From positions 1-64,000 of the IMG/VR virus record IMGVR_UViG_3300037110_000161: a DNA stretch of 64,000 bases. The stretch is one strand, 5' to 3'. A model generated the notes under the pieces. It did no database searches, had not been told where the DNA came from, and was given only the letters and a program-made list of their open reading frames with translations. The position numbers were made by a program, and so were the translations under genes. How positions within the stretch are numbered: the first letter of the stretch is position 1; each line of letters opens with the position of its first letter. Positions 63,440-64,000 of this stretch are shown here, piece after piece. This stretch comes from a virus.

Positions 63440-64000
63440 TCAGGCGGCGTGGCTGGCAGCCGGCGCGGGAACGTGGAATACCCCTCCCACGTCAATCTGC
63501 CGGCGCAGCCAGCGGTAGAAGTCGATGTCGTTTACGTTGTCGTCAACGATGCGGTCATAATCGACGGCCATGTCCGGGTTCAAGGCAATCCGGCGGGTCC
63601 GCTCGCAACGCACAGTCGCCAGGTGGTAGTGGGCTTGTTCGATAAACTTGTCCACGTCGGCAACGCTCACGGGCTCACGTTGGAAACAGGCCGGCTGAAG
63701 GGCTTGCGTTACCCGTTCCACGGCGGAAAAGCGGCCGTTGGCAAAGCGTTCCGGGATTTCGACAAACCGGCCGGGGTACTGCCGTCGCACTTCCGGCGGG
63801 ACTTCCATGCCGGCGGCAACGGCGGCGGCAACGATCATTTCGTGCGTAATGCCGGTCAAGGCGAGCAGATCGGCGTCAAGCTCGATGAAGCTGCCGTAGT
63901 AATCGCCCTTGTAAATGCGCCGCGGTGCCCCTTGGTTGACGCTGGCGACGGCTTGCCGCCGTTTCGCGGTCGTTTGCCCGACTACCACAAGGGCCGGCGT
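63440..64000 (-). CDS. Hypothetical protein, 5' end probably outside the window
   Basis: Open frame running to the window edge. Confidence 0.55.
   Translation of the reverse strand, partial: TPALVVVGQTTAKRRQAVASVNQGAPRRIYKGDYYGSFIELDADLLALTGITHEMIVAAAVAAGMEVPPEVRRQYPGRFVEIPERFANGRFSAVERVTQALQPACFQREPVSVADVDKFIEQAHYHLATVRCERTRRIALNPDMAVDYDRIVDDNVNDIDFYRWLRRQIDVGGVFHVPAPAASHAA

Larger units (their letters stand above)
1..64000 (-). mobile_element. Siphovirus-like prophage/phage region (both ends outside window)
   Basis: Canonical order terminase-portal-scaffold-capsid-neck-tail tube-chaperone-tape measure-tail tip on the minus strand (1-34 kb), followed by accessory and small early-type genes; no host housekeeping cluster. 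Confidence 0.9.

Overview
The whole window reads as part of a large, GC-rich siphovirus-type (pro)phage, almost entirely on the minus strand. From right to left: (i) 44-64 kb holds many small, mostly unassignable and often acidic genes. They include an Ocr-like protein, an ADP-ribosyltransferase-like protein, a motif-permuted GHKL ATPase, a SprT-like protease and an active plus apparently inactive serine recombinase pair. A plus-strand cassette at 53.4-55.9 kb is bounded by repeat-rich non-coding DNA, including a 77-bp tandem array. (ii) 35.1-43.2 kb is a co-oriented six-gene island with its own sigma70-like promoter: HD hydrolase, ORC/CDC6-like P-loop ATPase, tandem CARF-like Rossmann protein, an HhH-GPD glycosylase fused to a C5 cytosine methyltransferase, ThyX and a Ser/Thr kinase. 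No restriction nuclease is present. This is the best candidate for an undescribed defence or conflict system. (iii) 29.7-34.1 kb holds a TerS candidate and an envelope-directed cluster of two papain-fold enzymes, thioredoxin-fold exported proteins and membrane proteins, with no recognisable endolysin. (iv) 1-29.6 kb is the virion module: GpA-type terminase, portal, collagen fibres plus a GT4, scaffold and P22-like capsid sharing an N-terminal leader, neck, tail tube, frameshifted chaperone, tape measure and tail-tip genes. It is interrupted at 2.6-6.0 kb by a three-recombinase RIT element whose insertion restores both flanking genes. All functional calls come from motifs read by eye; no database searches were run. 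No phage integrase, repressor, replication enzyme, tRNA or CRISPR array was seen, and the prophage boundaries lie outside the window.
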